Shown here one piece after another: positions 28,582 to 41,242 of a stretch of DNA of 64,000 bases; positions within the stretch are counted from its first letter, which is position 1; the number at the start of each line of letters is the position of its first letter. The stretch covers positions 11,284,001 to 11,348,000 of the forward strand of contig OX597835.1 of assembly GCA_951406725.2 (NCBI GenBank), in the 5' to 3' direction. Source of the stretch: Octopus vulgaris. Its lineage: Eukaryota. The notes beneath the pieces were generated by a model that saw only the letters and a list, made by a program, of their open reading frames with translations, made no database searches and was not told the origin of the DNA. Both the position numbers and the translations under genes were made by a program.

Positions 28582-29145
28582 TCTTTATACAGCATTCACT
28601 GTTACTTATATAGTACTGACCTGTCGGTCTCTTAATTGTCAAATGACCTCACAATGAGTCCACATTTGTCTTAGAAACCAGCAAGTGGTTTATCTTGGTG
28701 TTCTGTCAGGGTTGTTTACAATCTACCATTATTCTATTGTTCATCTTGTCTGCAACTTGGCTTGGTTCCAATACTGGTAAATTTCACCTCAATGCTAAAT
28801 ACATATGTTTTAATAAAGAACCATATTCTAAGGTTCTTTTCCAATATACAATGGTTTCACTTGTTTATTTTTCGTTGGCACCAAATCTTTATCCACTCAA
28901 TGGAAATGACAACATCCTCATCCAGCTGTGGCTGCTACTGTTTGTATCTGATATTATCCAAGAGCTTTGGCTGTACAGATTCCAAAATTGGAACAATACA
29001 GAGAAGATATTATTGAATGTTTATTTATCATTGTGTTTTTGTTTGTTAAAATCCTTAATTATTATTGTTCCACATTTTCGTTTTCATTTTTACATTTTTG
29101 TTTATAAGGGTTTAAAAAATTATTTAAAAAAATCTTTTAAAAATA

Positions 29146-29525
29146 TATTTGTCCTCATCTTGTCTGTTGTTAACACAACCTTTCGGCTGATATACCCTCC
29201 AGCCTTCATCAGGTGTCTTGAGGAAAATTCAAACCTGGATCCTCATTCCTAAGGTATTTTTCGATATTATTATTAATATTATTATTCAGGTCACTACCTG
29301 GAATCAAACTCTGAATCTTGGTCAGTGACCTGAATAATAATAATAATAATAACATCGAAATATACCTTAGGAATGAGAACCCAGGTTTGAAATTTCCCCA
29401 AGACACCTGATGAAGGCTAGAAGGTATTTCAGCCAAAATATTGTGTTAGCAACAAACAAGATGAGGACAAATATTCGTTAAATGTAAATAATGTAAATAA
29501 TGTACATAATTCCTCATCTCTTAAG
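29146..29525. mobile_element. Fold-back Penelope-type (inverted pLTR-like) non-autonomous element with a hammerhead motif in each arm
   Basis: ~140 bp inverted arms, each with gacac-CTGATGA-a-ggctg..cagcc-GAAA-..tt-gtgtt (right arm mutated); second copy at 55581-55956. Confidence 0.75.
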
Positions 29526-30116
29526 TATAAATATGTACATATTTACATACTTTGTATATGAAAACCAATATGTTTATCTGCATAATTACCTCCATATCTG
29601 TTTGACTTGATTCCTCTGATAGCAACTCCTTACTCTGCAGAATTGGTTCCTTGTAAAGACATTGGAATTTAAGGTGGAATCATTTGTGTGCTGCAAAATG
29701 TTTTTTAATCTGAGAATCTCAGGATCTCATCTGACTATATGTATAAATAACAGACTCACCTATCGAAGGTGAAGTATAAGCGTTCATCTTTTGCCAAATG
29801 ATCTTCAAGAATGATTTGTTTATAGGGATCAAGTGTTCATGCTGTACGTTACCTAACTCTCACCATCGAATTGATGTTGTCTGAACAGGTGCACAGGTGT
29901 GCCACACGTCAGGTGTCAAAGTCATCGCAGAGCAATGGGAGATGAAGTATTTTTTCTCAAGAACACTATGTACCACCCAGTCTAGGAATTGAAATCACGA
30001 TCCCTCTCTATATATAAAGGGAGAGAGGAAGTGAAAATTTAAAATCTTATTAATGTGATGTCTCAGGTATTTCAGACATTTTAATAGTCATTTTTTTTTT
30101 GGTTTTTGTTTTGCAG

Positions 30117-30245
30117 TGTCGGAAACTTGGTTTGCTTCCTCCTGATGAAACGCTACCACAAAGTTGTCGAGTGGCATTTCAGCTGATATGGGCCAATAAT
30201 GGTGATGCCATCAGTCATCAATATGCAGGAACTGCTGCATTAAAG
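30117..30245 (+). CDS. INPP5F: Internal coding exon of phosphatidylinositide phosphatase SAC2/INPP5F (C-terminal part of the SAC domain)
   Basis: Polypyrimidine tract and ttgcag acceptor, 129 nt (phase 0/0), aag|gtaatt donor. Translates CRKLGLLPPDETLPQSCRVAFQLIWANNGDAISHQYAGTAALK, containing the SAC-family W(A)NNGD.IS.QYAGT.ALK motif; KLG..PP...LP is as I recall it in SAC2. Confidence 0.95.
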
Positions 30246-33196
30246 GTAATTTCATTGATTCTCGTTATTAGTATTAGTAGTATTTCTCTTCAGACAGAAG
30301 GCAGTGGAATGGCACGAGCCTTAATTCCCTTCAGTACCAACTCATCTGAGACTGTCCCTGATCTAAATTAAAATCTTCCATTAAAATTCCATATTAATTT
30401 ACGCCCCAGACACCAGTTTAATTATGAGGACGTTGTTTTACTAATTTCTCTATTAATTTGAAAATCAATTGAAATGAAGTCAGTGTATTTTGAACTGAAA
30501 TATGGTCACAAAAGAATTAAAGTCTCCAAATTAAAACCCTCTATCAAAATTTCATGTTAATTTAAGTTACAAATGCCAACTTAATAATGACTAAGTTATT
30601 TTATTAATTTTTTAAAATTGTTTTCAAAATTTATTGAAACAAGGTTAACGTATTTCAACAAATATACGGTAATGCAAAAAAAACTTTTAAGGAAGCAGTG
30701 TCTGCTATTTAGTGACTTAGATTCTGAGTTCTAAAAGACTATAAGAAGTGAATTTAACTGGAGTTCTGGGGCCTGAAGAACCACGTGGAATTGCATGGAT
30801 TTCTAACAAACTCCTTGATATTGATCTCTCAAAAACAACAAAAAGCAAAGCAAATTTTTTGCATTATTTTTTACTAAGGTTGGCAATCAACAGGTCTGTA
30901 GATTTTTGTGCAATTTCTCTTTTTTCTAAATTTCCTCTCCATTTTAGTAGCAGCAGCAGCAGTTAATTTTTCATTTTAGTTTTGTAATTTCTAAAAAAAA
31001 ATACATTGTCTATATTCTTTTAGTGCCAACCCACCTGTGTGTGAATTCACTTGCTTCTCTGATACAATATTACAGTTTAAAGTGATCCAAATTAAAACCA
31101 CTATTCGAAAATTTCATGTTAATTCTTGTTCCAAACACCAGCATAATAATAATAATAATAATAATAATGCCAAAGTTATTTTATTCCATTCTTCATTATT
31201 TTCGAAATTAATTGAAACCAAAACAGTGAATTTCAATAAAAATATGGTAATGAAAAGTTTTAAAAAAATAACAAAAAAACAAACAAAAAAAATACTAGTG
31301 ATTTTTATGAATGAAAGTTTTCAATTATGACTGAAGCATAAGGCTGAACAAACATTGAGTCCAGGTGCATAATTCGTTAATCAATGCAGCTTTATTAACA
31401 GTCATTAACCACTATTTGGATTCACAATATCATGTACCGTTACTATTAGTGTTATAGCTTAAGGAAACAATTTACAGCACTCAATTATTAATAAAGATTA
31501 TAATTATTAACAATTATGTATTGTTTGAGAAGACAATGTAATATTATTGATAATGATTATGCACTGATTGGATTTACAGTGCCGTGTGGTTGGTTATTAG
31601 TAGGAGTAAAGAAGATTTTTAATTTTACCAAATTAAATCAAGGAATTCACCGAACTTCGGCAGGGTGGTCTTTTAGCAAAAATTATTTACATCCTCTTAT
31701 TATCAGTCATTGGATTGTGGCTATGCTGGAGCACTGCCTTAATATGTTTACTCAAATAAATCAATCCTAGTTCTTGCTTTTTTAAAGCCTGATGCTTATT
31801 TTATCCGTCTCTTTTTGCCTAGCCACTAAGTTACAGGCACAATGACAAACCAACACTGGCTGTCAAGTAGAAAAGACACAAAGACACATGCACACACGTG
31901 CACGCACACACATCATATACATACACATATACACATTGGGATTCTTTCAGTTTCTGCTTTCAAATCTACTCATGAGGCTTTGCTTGTCCCAGGGCTATAG
32001 TAGAGGATGCTTGCCGATGGTGCCACACAGTGAGACTGAACCCAGAACTGTGTGGTTGGGAAGCAAAGATCATACCACACAGCCACACCTGTGCCTATTA
32101 GGCTTTTCATTTTAATATAGTTTTTTTCTTTTACATACCCCACAACCATGTGTCGTATATTAAACACTCAGATTTAGGCTTTTAGCGCAATTAAAAACAA
32201 ATTATTTCATGTTCCCTCGAAGTTTCTAAATTCTTATGACATTCTTTCTTGTACTCTTTTACTTGTTTCAATCATTTGGCTGTGGCCATGCTAGAGCACT
32301 GCCTTGAAGTGTTTTAGTTGAACAAATTGACCCCAGGACGTTTATTAATATATAGAGAAAGGCAATGAGGAGGCAGGATTCTTATTGCATCACAAAAGCT
32401 GCTTTGTAAAATTTCTTGCAGTTCTTGCTGCTCTGAGTTCAAATCTTGCTGTAGTCGACTTCACCTTTCATAACTTTGAGGTTGAGAAAATACCAATCAA
32501 ATACTGGAATTGATGTTATCAACTAACCCCTAACATTGCTGGCTTTGCGCTGAAACTTGAACCTCTTAAGGGAGCAAGCTGGCAGAATTGTTAGCACATT
32601 GGACAAAATGCTTAGCAGCATTTCTTTTGGCTTTTTATGTTCTGAGTTCAAACCCCCACCTAGGCCGACTCTGCCCTTTATCTTTTCAGGTAGCATGGCT
32701 GTGTGATAAGAAATTTCTTTTCCAGCCACGTGGTTCCAGGTTCAGTCCCACTGCATTGCTTGTTGGGCAAGTTTCTTCTATTATAGCCTCTGACCAACCA
32801 AAGCCACGTGAGTGGAATTAGTAGATGGAAACTGAAAGAAGTTCATCTTATATGTATGTGTGTGTGTGTGTGTGTGTCTTTGTATCTGTGCTTGTCCCCC
32901 ATAATCACTTGATCACCGGTATTGGTGTCTTTAAATCCTCATAACTTAGCGGTCTGGCAAAAGAGATTGATAGAGTAAGTACCAGGCTTTTAAAAAAAGT
33001 AAATATTGAGGTCGATTCATTTGACTAAAATCTTCAAGGCAGAGCTCCAGCATGGCCGCAGTCCAATGACTGAAACAAGTAAAAGATTAAAAGATAACCA
33101 GTCAAGTACTTGGGTTAATTTAATCGACTGACCCCCCCCACTCTTCCTCCCAGAATTGCTGGCCTTGTGCCAAATATTTGAAACAGTTATTAATAT

Positions 33197-33617
33197 AGAC
33201 GCAGGTGTGGTAAGAAGCTTGCTTTACAACTTCATGGTTCTGGGTTCAGTCCCCCTGCATGGCACCTCAGGCAAGTGTCTTCTACTGTTGCCTCAGGCCG
33301 ACCAAAACCTTGTGAGTGGATTTGGTCAATGGAAACTGAAAGAAGCCCGTCATATATATTTATATATGTGTGTGTATATGCATGTATGTGTGTGTCTTTG
33401 TGTCTATGCTTTCCCCCACCCCACCCCCACCATTGCTTGACATCCGATGTTGGTGTATTTATGTCTCCGTAACTTAGCAGTTCAGTAAAAGAGAATGATA
33501 GGCTTGCAAAGAATAAGTCCCGGAGTTGATTTATTTCACTAAAACCCTTTAAGGCGGCGCTCCAGCATGGCCACAGTCGAGTGACTGAAACAAGAAAAAG
33601 AAAAAGAATAAAAGAGA
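33197..33617 (+). mobile_element. SINE family A (diverged)
   Basis: Colinear with other copies; further diverged copies at ~31700-32097 (-), ~32690-33095 (+) and ~36095-36525 (-). Confidence 0.85.
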
Positions 33618-33992
33618 AATTTATTTGAAATATAAATTCTTTGACTATTTTCATAAACAAACTAATCTTGTCTAACGTAACTCATCCTTAGATTAGGTTT
33701 CATTAGATTAAATTAGTTTTTTTTTTTCTGAAAATGCAGTCATGATAATGTGTCTCAGTAGACATTTTCTAAGTAAATTAAACAATTATTTATATTGATT
33801 GGTTAATCGGTTATTTCTACAACAAACACAAAGGTTTTATTTTCAAAACAAAATTAATTTTAAATCATTTTTAATGGTTGAAGTTGAAATAAATAAATAG
33901 AACTATAAATAATTTTTTCTATGAAAGTCACGTAGGCTGACATTTTGAGGGAAGGGGACCAGTTGATTACATTGATCCCAGTTCCCTGCTGA

Positions 33993-34240
33993 TAAGGCAG
34001 CGAGCTGGCAGAAACGTTAGCACGCCGGGCGAAATGCGTAGCTGTATTTCATCTGCCGTTACGTTCTGAGTTCAAATCCCGCCAAGGTCGACTTTGCCTT
34101 TCATCCTTTCGGGGTCGATAAATTAAGTACCAGTAATTAAGTACCAGTTACGCACTGGGCTCGATGTAATCGACTCAATCTGTTAGTCTGTCCTTGTTTG
34201 TCCCCTCTATGTTCAGCCCCTTGTGGGTAATAAAGAAACA
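33993..34240 (+). mobile_element. SINE family B monomer nested in an oppositely oriented relative
   Basis: aaggcagcgagctggcagaaacgttagcacg...taataaagaaac. Confidence 0.85.
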
Positions 34241-34363
34241 GATACATTTTGACCCTGATAGGATGAAAGACAAAGATGACCTCAGTGGTATTTGAACTCA
34301 GAATAAGAGGAAAGCTGCTAAGCATTTCATTCAGCATACTAATGACTCTGCCAGCTCACCATC

Positions 34364-34394
<31 letters not shown>

Positions 34395-35089
34395 GAAGAA
34401 GAAGAAGAAGAAGAAGAAGGTGGGTGTGTGGGTTATGTTTCTAAAACTGTGTGTGTGTCATCTGCAGAGGGAACAGGGACAGTTTTCACTATGAAGGCCT
34501 TTTTTAGTCTTATCCACTGATATAGTATCTTTACGACCATTAAGGTCTATAATGAAAAATCTATCCAGGCAAGGAAGAAAACGGAAAGGACCTGCATGTG
34601 GTGCTATTAACAGAGGTTTAATATCGTTGCACATAAAAATATGAGTCCAAGAAGTAATGCTTCCTTCAAGGTAGAGCTAGAAATGCAATTGTCAAGTAGG
34701 TAAGAGGTTTTAAACAGGAGCAAAATATTCAAAATTGGTAAAATTAAAAATTGTTGAGGATAAATTAAATTTATTATTGCTACTAAATATGTTGGTGTTA
34801 TTTAATTTCTGAATGGTTTTGCTTCCTTCTGTTTATATAGTGTGATTTCTTTATCCATCAATTTCTACTAAGATAGAGATGCACGTAAAATTGATAATAG
34901 AGAAATGAAATGCCGCCATAACTTATATGGAAACCATGAGTGTGCTTTTAAGGGAGATGATCAGAGAAAGACTTGAAAGTCAACATAAGATCATAATACT
35001 TCATGTAAAGTAAAGTAAAGCGGTGAGTTGGCAGAATCGTTAGCATGCCGGATGAAATGCTTATAACAGCATTTCTACCTACTTTAATA

Positions 35090-35498
35090 GGCGCAGGAGT
35101 GGCTGTGTGGTAAGTAGCTTGCTAACCAACCACATGGTTCCGGGTTCAATCCCACTGCATGGCACCTTGGGCAAGTGTCTTCTGCTATAGCCCTGGGCCG
35201 ACCAATGCCTTGTGAGTGGATTTGGTAGACGGAAACTGAAAGAAGCCTGTCGTATATATGTATATATATATATATGTGTGTGTGTGTGTCTGTGTTTGTC
35301 CCCCTAGCATTGCTTGACAACCGATGCAGGTGTGTTTACGTCCTCATCACTTAGCGGTTCGGGAAAAGAGACCGATAGAATAAGTACTGGGCTTACAAAC
35401 ACTAAGTCCTGTGGTCGATTTGCTCGACTAAAGGCGGTGCTCCAGCATGGCCGCAGTCAAATGACTGAAACAAGTAAAAGAGTAAAAGAGTAAAGAGT
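35090..35498 (+). mobile_element. SINE family A
   Basis: Full head to (aagagta)n tail. Confidence 0.9.
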
Positions 35499-36956
35499 AT
35501 AACAATTAATCCACAATTCTTGTCTGGTACCGAATCAATCCCAAAACCTAATCAGTCTGTGCCAGTTATGAGGCCAACAATGCTTGAAGATTTCTTTTGA
35601 ATCCATCCAGTGGTTCTTGAGATATCTTGTCCACAGACAAACAAACAAACACAACTGAAAACAACACCTCCACATTCACTAAGGCACAGATAATAATGAT
35701 GATGATGATAATGACAATGATAATATTTGTGGTCATCATAGAACTTGGTGGAATGTAACCATGCCTTTATTTTCTGATGGTCAATATTTTCTCTGTTTAT
35801 GTGACTACTAAGTCCGTTACTACTTTTCTAAAATTGCTACAGTGTTGGGTAAAATATCTTGACACATTCAGTTATGTACATTTAGATTCTGAGTTCAAAT
35901 CATGCCAAGTTCAACTTTACTGCTGACCCTTGTTGCTGATTGTGAAAACTTATGATCTAAGGAAGCCTTCAATTTTTCCATCTAAAGGGGTTTTCAAACT
36001 ATTGCTTATAGCTTCATCTACTTTAAGTTCTGCAATTGAAAACAAATTATTTCATGTTCTCTCAAAGTTTCTAAATTCGTATGACATTCTTTCTTGTACT
36101 CTTTTACTTGTTTCAATCATTTGACTGTGGCCATGCTAGAGCACTGCCTTGAAGTGTTTTAGTTGAACAAATTGACCCCAGGACTTTTATTACTTTTCTT
36201 TTAGCCTGCTGCTTACCTTATCAGTCTCTCTTTGCCAAACCACTAAGTTATGGGGATGTAAATACATTATACTGGTCGTCAAGTAGGGTGGAGTGGGGTG
36301 GTAACAAACACAGATATAAGGACTCACACATACACACACACACACACATACATACATACACACACACATATATACGTATATATAAACACACACACACAGA
36401 ATGGGCTTTTTTGAGTTTCTGTCTACCAAATCCACTCACAAGGCTTTGGTCAACCCAAGGAAATAGTAGAAGACACTTGCCCAAGGTGCCACACAGTGGG
36501 ACTGAACTCCGGAACTACATGGTTGTGAGAGAGCGGTGAAATCATCTTTAATTTGGAGTCAAATTCATTTGAAATGAAAGTAAAAATTAGGGATACTTTT
36601 TGAGGTTATATTTTGGCTTAATCAATATAAACTGTATCACAGTATGTTATGAGGCTCAAAACACCCAGTAACCCTAAGATACAACACTAACAATTGATCC
36701 CAGTATTTCAGTTATAAATACATGTTGAAATTTATATATATTTTTTTAAAGCTCTACCTTGTGTGTGTCCTGTTCTTTAATTAGGTGGAGAAAAAAAATA
36801 CCCTTTAATTATAAAATCAGCATTCCCTTAAAGTAAACTTTAATCTTATTAATACCTTTTCTTAATGGGAAAGAAGAATACTAATGATGTCAGAGAAGAT
36901 AATAAAGATTAAGGAAGCCAGATTAAGTGGATTATGTGGATAAATAATTATGCAGT

Positions 36957-37339
36957 CTAGGAGCACTCCGTCGGTTGCGACGATGAGGGTCCCAGCTGAT
37001 ACGATCAACGGAACAGCTTGCTCGTGGAATTAACGTGCAAGTGGCTGAGCACTCCACAGACACGTGTACCCTTAACGTAGTTCTCGGGGATATTCAGCGT
37101 GACACAGAGAGTGACAAGGCCGGCCCTTTGAAATACAGGTACAACAGAAACAGGAAGTAAGGGTGAGAGAAAGTTGTGGTGAAAGAGTACAGCAGGGATC
37201 ACCACCATCCCCTGCCGGAGCCTCGTGGAGCTTTTAGGTGTTTTCGCTCAATAAACACTCACAACGCCCAGTCTGGGAATCGAAACCACAATCCTATGAC
37301 CGCGAGTCCGCTGCCCTAACCACTGGGCCATTGCGCCTC
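36957..37339 (-). mobile_element. tRNA-derived SINE (family D), full length with TSD
   Basis: Head gaggcgcaatggcccagtggttagggcagcggactcgcggtc...ggtttcgattccc (A and B boxes); 11 bp TSD aattatgcagt at 36946-36956 and 37340-37350. Confidence 0.9.
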
Positions 37340-37462
37340 AATTATGCAGTAAACAAGTATTATTATGTAGTTCTGTTTTAAGTGATTGTGAATAATCAGT
37401 AAAACATAGAATGAACAGAAAGGATAATTGTGCAAAGAAAATCTGATATGAGATATATTTTT

Positions 37463-37787
37463 GAAATGGGAAAGTGGAAAAACAATTTGGAATTGAATAT
37501 TATTTACAAACAGAATATTATTGCAGGTGTTTCATAGGTAGATCTGGCTTCATGTTTTCTAATAACAAGTTACGGTAAAAGTAGAATATTTTAAGAAGTT
37601 TAAGTTATGCTGAACAAACATACTATTATTCCTCAGCTGTCTTACTGAGGATTCTTGCAGTTTTGACACCTTGAGCAGGTGTCTTCTGCAATATCCCTCA
37701 GTCAACCAAGGCCTTGTGAATAGATTTGGCTGATAAAATTTGTGGTTGAAAATGTACCTAAATATATATATACATATACACGCACGC

Positions 37788-37818
<31 letters not shown>

Positions 37819-38378
37819 TAAATTAGAGATAAAACCACTATTAGGCAAATCATGCAATGAAAAATTTAAGCCAATACATAAGATTAATTAATTTATATTA
37901 TTTTAAATATATATCAAAATTATTAAAAAAAGGGATATTGCAGAAGATACCTGGTTAAGGTGTGAAAACTGCAAGAATCCTCAGTAAGACAGCTGAGGAA
38001 TAATAGTATATTTGTTCAGCATAACTTAAACTTCTTAAATATTCTACTTTTACTGTAACTTGTTATTAGAAAACACGAAGCCAGATCTACCTATGAAACA
38101 CCTGCAATAATATTCTGTTTGTAAATAATATTCAATTCCAAATGGTTTTTCCACTTTCCCATTTCTTTTTTTAATAATTTTGATATATATTTAAAATAAT
38201 ATAAATTAATTAATCTTATGTATTGGCTTACATTTTTCATTGTATGATTTGCCTAATAGTGGTTTTATCTCTAATTTAATATAATATAATATTTTACTAT
38301 AAAATTAGATTCAATCCTAAATCTGATTTTTCCCTGTAAGTTTGGATTTATTCCCTAATATTTTATTATTAATTTATA

Positions 38379-38425
<47 letters not shown>

Positions 38426-38493
38426 GCATATATATACATACACACACATACATATATATAGGAAAATTTGTGGTTGAAAATGCACCTAAATAT
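37463..38493. repeat. Interleaved double inverted repeat with an ~31 bp flanking direct repeat
   Basis: 37463-37698 is the reverse complement of 37931-38165; ~37811-37930 is the reverse complement of 38166-38288; direct repeat 37735-37765 / 38463-38493. Confidence 0.9.
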
Positions 38494-38784
38494 GAGAAAC
38501 TTGTAATCGTTTTTAAATAAATTTATTTACATACACCCCAAACTAGTTTCAACAATATTATTTGTTTATCAATGACAAAAATTTTGTTTATCAATGTTTA
38601 TCAAATTTTGTTTATTTGTTTATCAATGGCAAAAATTTTAAATTAGATAAACTTGTTTAAAAGATTCAATGTTTACAAGTTTCAATAATATCAAATATGA
38701 TTTAAATGTTCATAACTCTCAATTATATAAAAATGTGGCTCATCTTGTTTAACTACACAAAATTCAATAGTGTTAGAAGTGATC

Positions 38785-39241
38785 TATTCTACTCTAGGCA
38801 CAAGGGCCAAACTTTTTGGGGAGGGGGCCAGTTGATAAGATCAACCCCAGTGCACAACTGGTACTTAATTTAAGGCGGCGAACTGGCAGAAACGTTTAGG
38901 CACTGGGCAAAATGCTTAGCGGTATTTCGTCTGTCGAAACATTGTGAGTTCAAATTCCACCGAGGTCGACTTTGCCGTTCATCCTTTCGGGGTCGATAAA
39001 TTAAGTACCAGTTACGCACTGGGGTCGATGTAATCAACTTAATACCTATGTCTGTCCTTGTTTGTCCCCTCTATGTTTAGCCCCTTGTGGGTAATAAAGA
39101 AATAGGTACTTAATTTACCAACCCTGAAAGGATGAAAGGTAAAGTTGACCTCAGTGGAATTTGAACTCAGAACACAAAGACAGTTGAAATGCCATTAAGA
39201 ATTTCGCCCAGTGTGCTAACGTTTCTGACAGCTCGCTGCCT
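38785..39241. mobile_element. SINE B (+, 38873-39104) nested inside a related SINE (-)
   Basis: 13 bp TSD ggtacttaattta at 38860-38872 and 39105-39117. Confidence 0.88.
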
Positions 39242-39825
39242 GAGTATTAGAAGTGATCGATAAGAAATGTGAATCACCAAAGGTTCAGTCATACTGAGTT
39301 GAGAGGGAGAAAAACAAGGGAGAAATGAAGAAAGTAAAAAGAGTGATTTGTTTACACTTTCTGTGATTCTTTTGCCATCGTGTGCAGGGACTTTTGCTTG
39401 TCATGGCGTTTTTTTATTGTTTTTTTTTTTTAATCTGGTGTATGTATAATTTTTTCCATGAATGGATTTGATTTTTGATTTGTTAAAGCCCTGGTAATGT
39501 CTTATTTTTCTGGTGGTCAAGTTTGTTGTTCTGCCTGGTTGGCTTCCTCGTGGGGGATGGCCATCAGCCATTCCCATTGGTTGATTCTCTTAAAAGGTTA
39601 TTTTGTTGTATTTACTGAAGTTCAGTTTTGATCGGAAGTAAAATTTCATTGGTCTAGAATTAGGTGATGTCAGTAACTGGTGTTTGTAAAATTTCATTGG
39701 TCTAGAGAGTTTGTATGGGGATTTGGAGTTGTGGTTTCAAAATCTGTCTGGAAGACTATTACCAAAGTTTTTTCTGTGGAGAAATTGGGTCTTTTTCTTT
39801 TTTCTCTTTAGTGTTTTTCTTCTTT

Positions 39826-40125
39826 CTAAAGGATGTTCAGCTGTGGTTTATATTTTTCAATGAGCATCTTTTCCTTATTCAAACAGAATTGGGTTGAAGT
39901 ATTTCTGGTACATTGATAGAGAGGGAAGATTTGGTATTTCAGGTTTATGTTTGTGGGGCATTGGTCTAGGTATTTACTTACAGGAAATTTCTTAATTGTG
40001 GGGGTCCCTGATTTGTTGCCTGTGTACTGTTAGTCTGTCCCTCAAGGTCAAATTAGTTTGACCTATGTAGTCTCCACCACACCACATTTGAGAACATAGG
40101 TTAAGTTCTTCGAAGCACAGGTGAA
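39826..40125 (-). mobile_element. Penelope-like element GIY-YIG endonuclease remnant
   Basis: Frameshifted FTCASKNLTYVLKC..CGGDYIGQTNLTLRDRLTVHRQQIRDP...IFPLYQC...NKEKMLIEKYKPQLNIL*. Confidence 0.85.
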
Positions 40126-40503
40126 GTGGCTGTGTGGTAAGAAGCTTGCTACCCACCACCTAGGACAAGTGTCATCTACTATGACTTTGGGCCAACCAAA
40201 GCCTTGTGAGTGGATTTGGTAGACAGAAACTGAAAGAAGCCCATCATATGTATATGTGTGCGTGTCTTTGTGTCTGTGTTTGTTCCCCACTACTACCACC
40301 ACCATCACTAGGCAACTGATGTTGGTGTGTTTACATCCTGTAATATAGCAGTTCTGCAAAAGAGATTGATTGAATAAGTACCAGGCTTAAAAAGAATAAG
40401 TCCAGGAGTTGATTTCTTTGACTAAAAGGTGGTGCTCCAGCATGGCCCCAGTCAAATGACTGAAACAAGTAAAAGAAATGCATGATATATATATATATAC
40501 ATA

Positions 40504-40930
40504 CATCATCATCATCATCATCATCATCATTTAGCGTCCGCTTTCCATGCTAGCATGGGTTGGACGGTTCAACTGGGGTCTGTGAAACCAGAAGGCAGCA
40601 TCAGGCCCAGTCTGATCTGGCAGTGTTTCTACGGCTGGATGCCCTTCCTAACGCCAACCACTCCGTGAGTGTAGTGTGTGCTTTTTACGTGCTACCCACA
40701 CAGGTGCCAGACAGAGCTGGCAAACGGCCACGGACGGATGGTGCTTTTTATGTGCCAACGGCACGGGGGCCAGGCGAGGCTGGCAACAGCCACAATCGGA
40801 TGGTGCTACGAAGGCCAGGCCAGGCTGGCAACGGCCACGAACGGATGGTGCTATGTGCCACCGGCATGGGGGCCAGGTGAGGCTGGCAATGGCCACGAAC
40901 GGATGGTGCTTTTTACGTGCCACCAGCACA
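40504..40930 (-). mobile_element. SINE-like family C
   Basis: Reverse complement of the 49290-49913 family. Confidence 0.85.
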
Positions 40931-40974
40931 TATTACAGACAAGAAAGTAAATTTATATATATATATATATATAT

Positions 40975-41009
40975 CTGATGAAAACCTAATAGGGTTTGAA
41001 AATCGATTA
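40975..41009 (+). ncRNA. Minimal (PLE-type) hammerhead ribozyme core, 5' strand of stem I lost
   Basis: CTGATGA-aaacct(aata)gggttt-GAAA-a-tcga-t-TA: both conserved boxes, stem II, 2 bp stem III with palindromic loop, UUA cleavage triplet. Confidence 0.6.
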
Positions 41010-41210
41010 AGGTTGTTAATCATTTTTTTCAATCTGCATAGAAATGGCTTCAATTTGCCCTGTTTATGATTATACCATATGCTACATATATATTATTGTG
41101 TCTGGGAAGAGTTATTCTGTTTTAATGCCTTATTAATTAACACACTCACCAGTTCAATTTCCACTCATTTATTTTGTTTTCCAAAATTTTTATTGCTTCT
41201 TGCAACACAC

Positions 41211-41242
<32 letters not shown>

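Noticed and set aside
27714-28642. 299 aa His/Pro/Thr-rich ORF and antisense ORFs
   Set aside because: Trinucleotide low-complexity tract open in several frames; no splice or domain support.
28695-29252. 185 aa hydrophobic ORF
   Set aside because: AT-rich, non-ATG start, no recognisable domain; runs into the fold-back repeat.
37260-37339. tRNA gene
   Set aside because: The tRNA-like sequence is the head of a SINE with a body and an 11 bp TSD; no complete cloverleaf.
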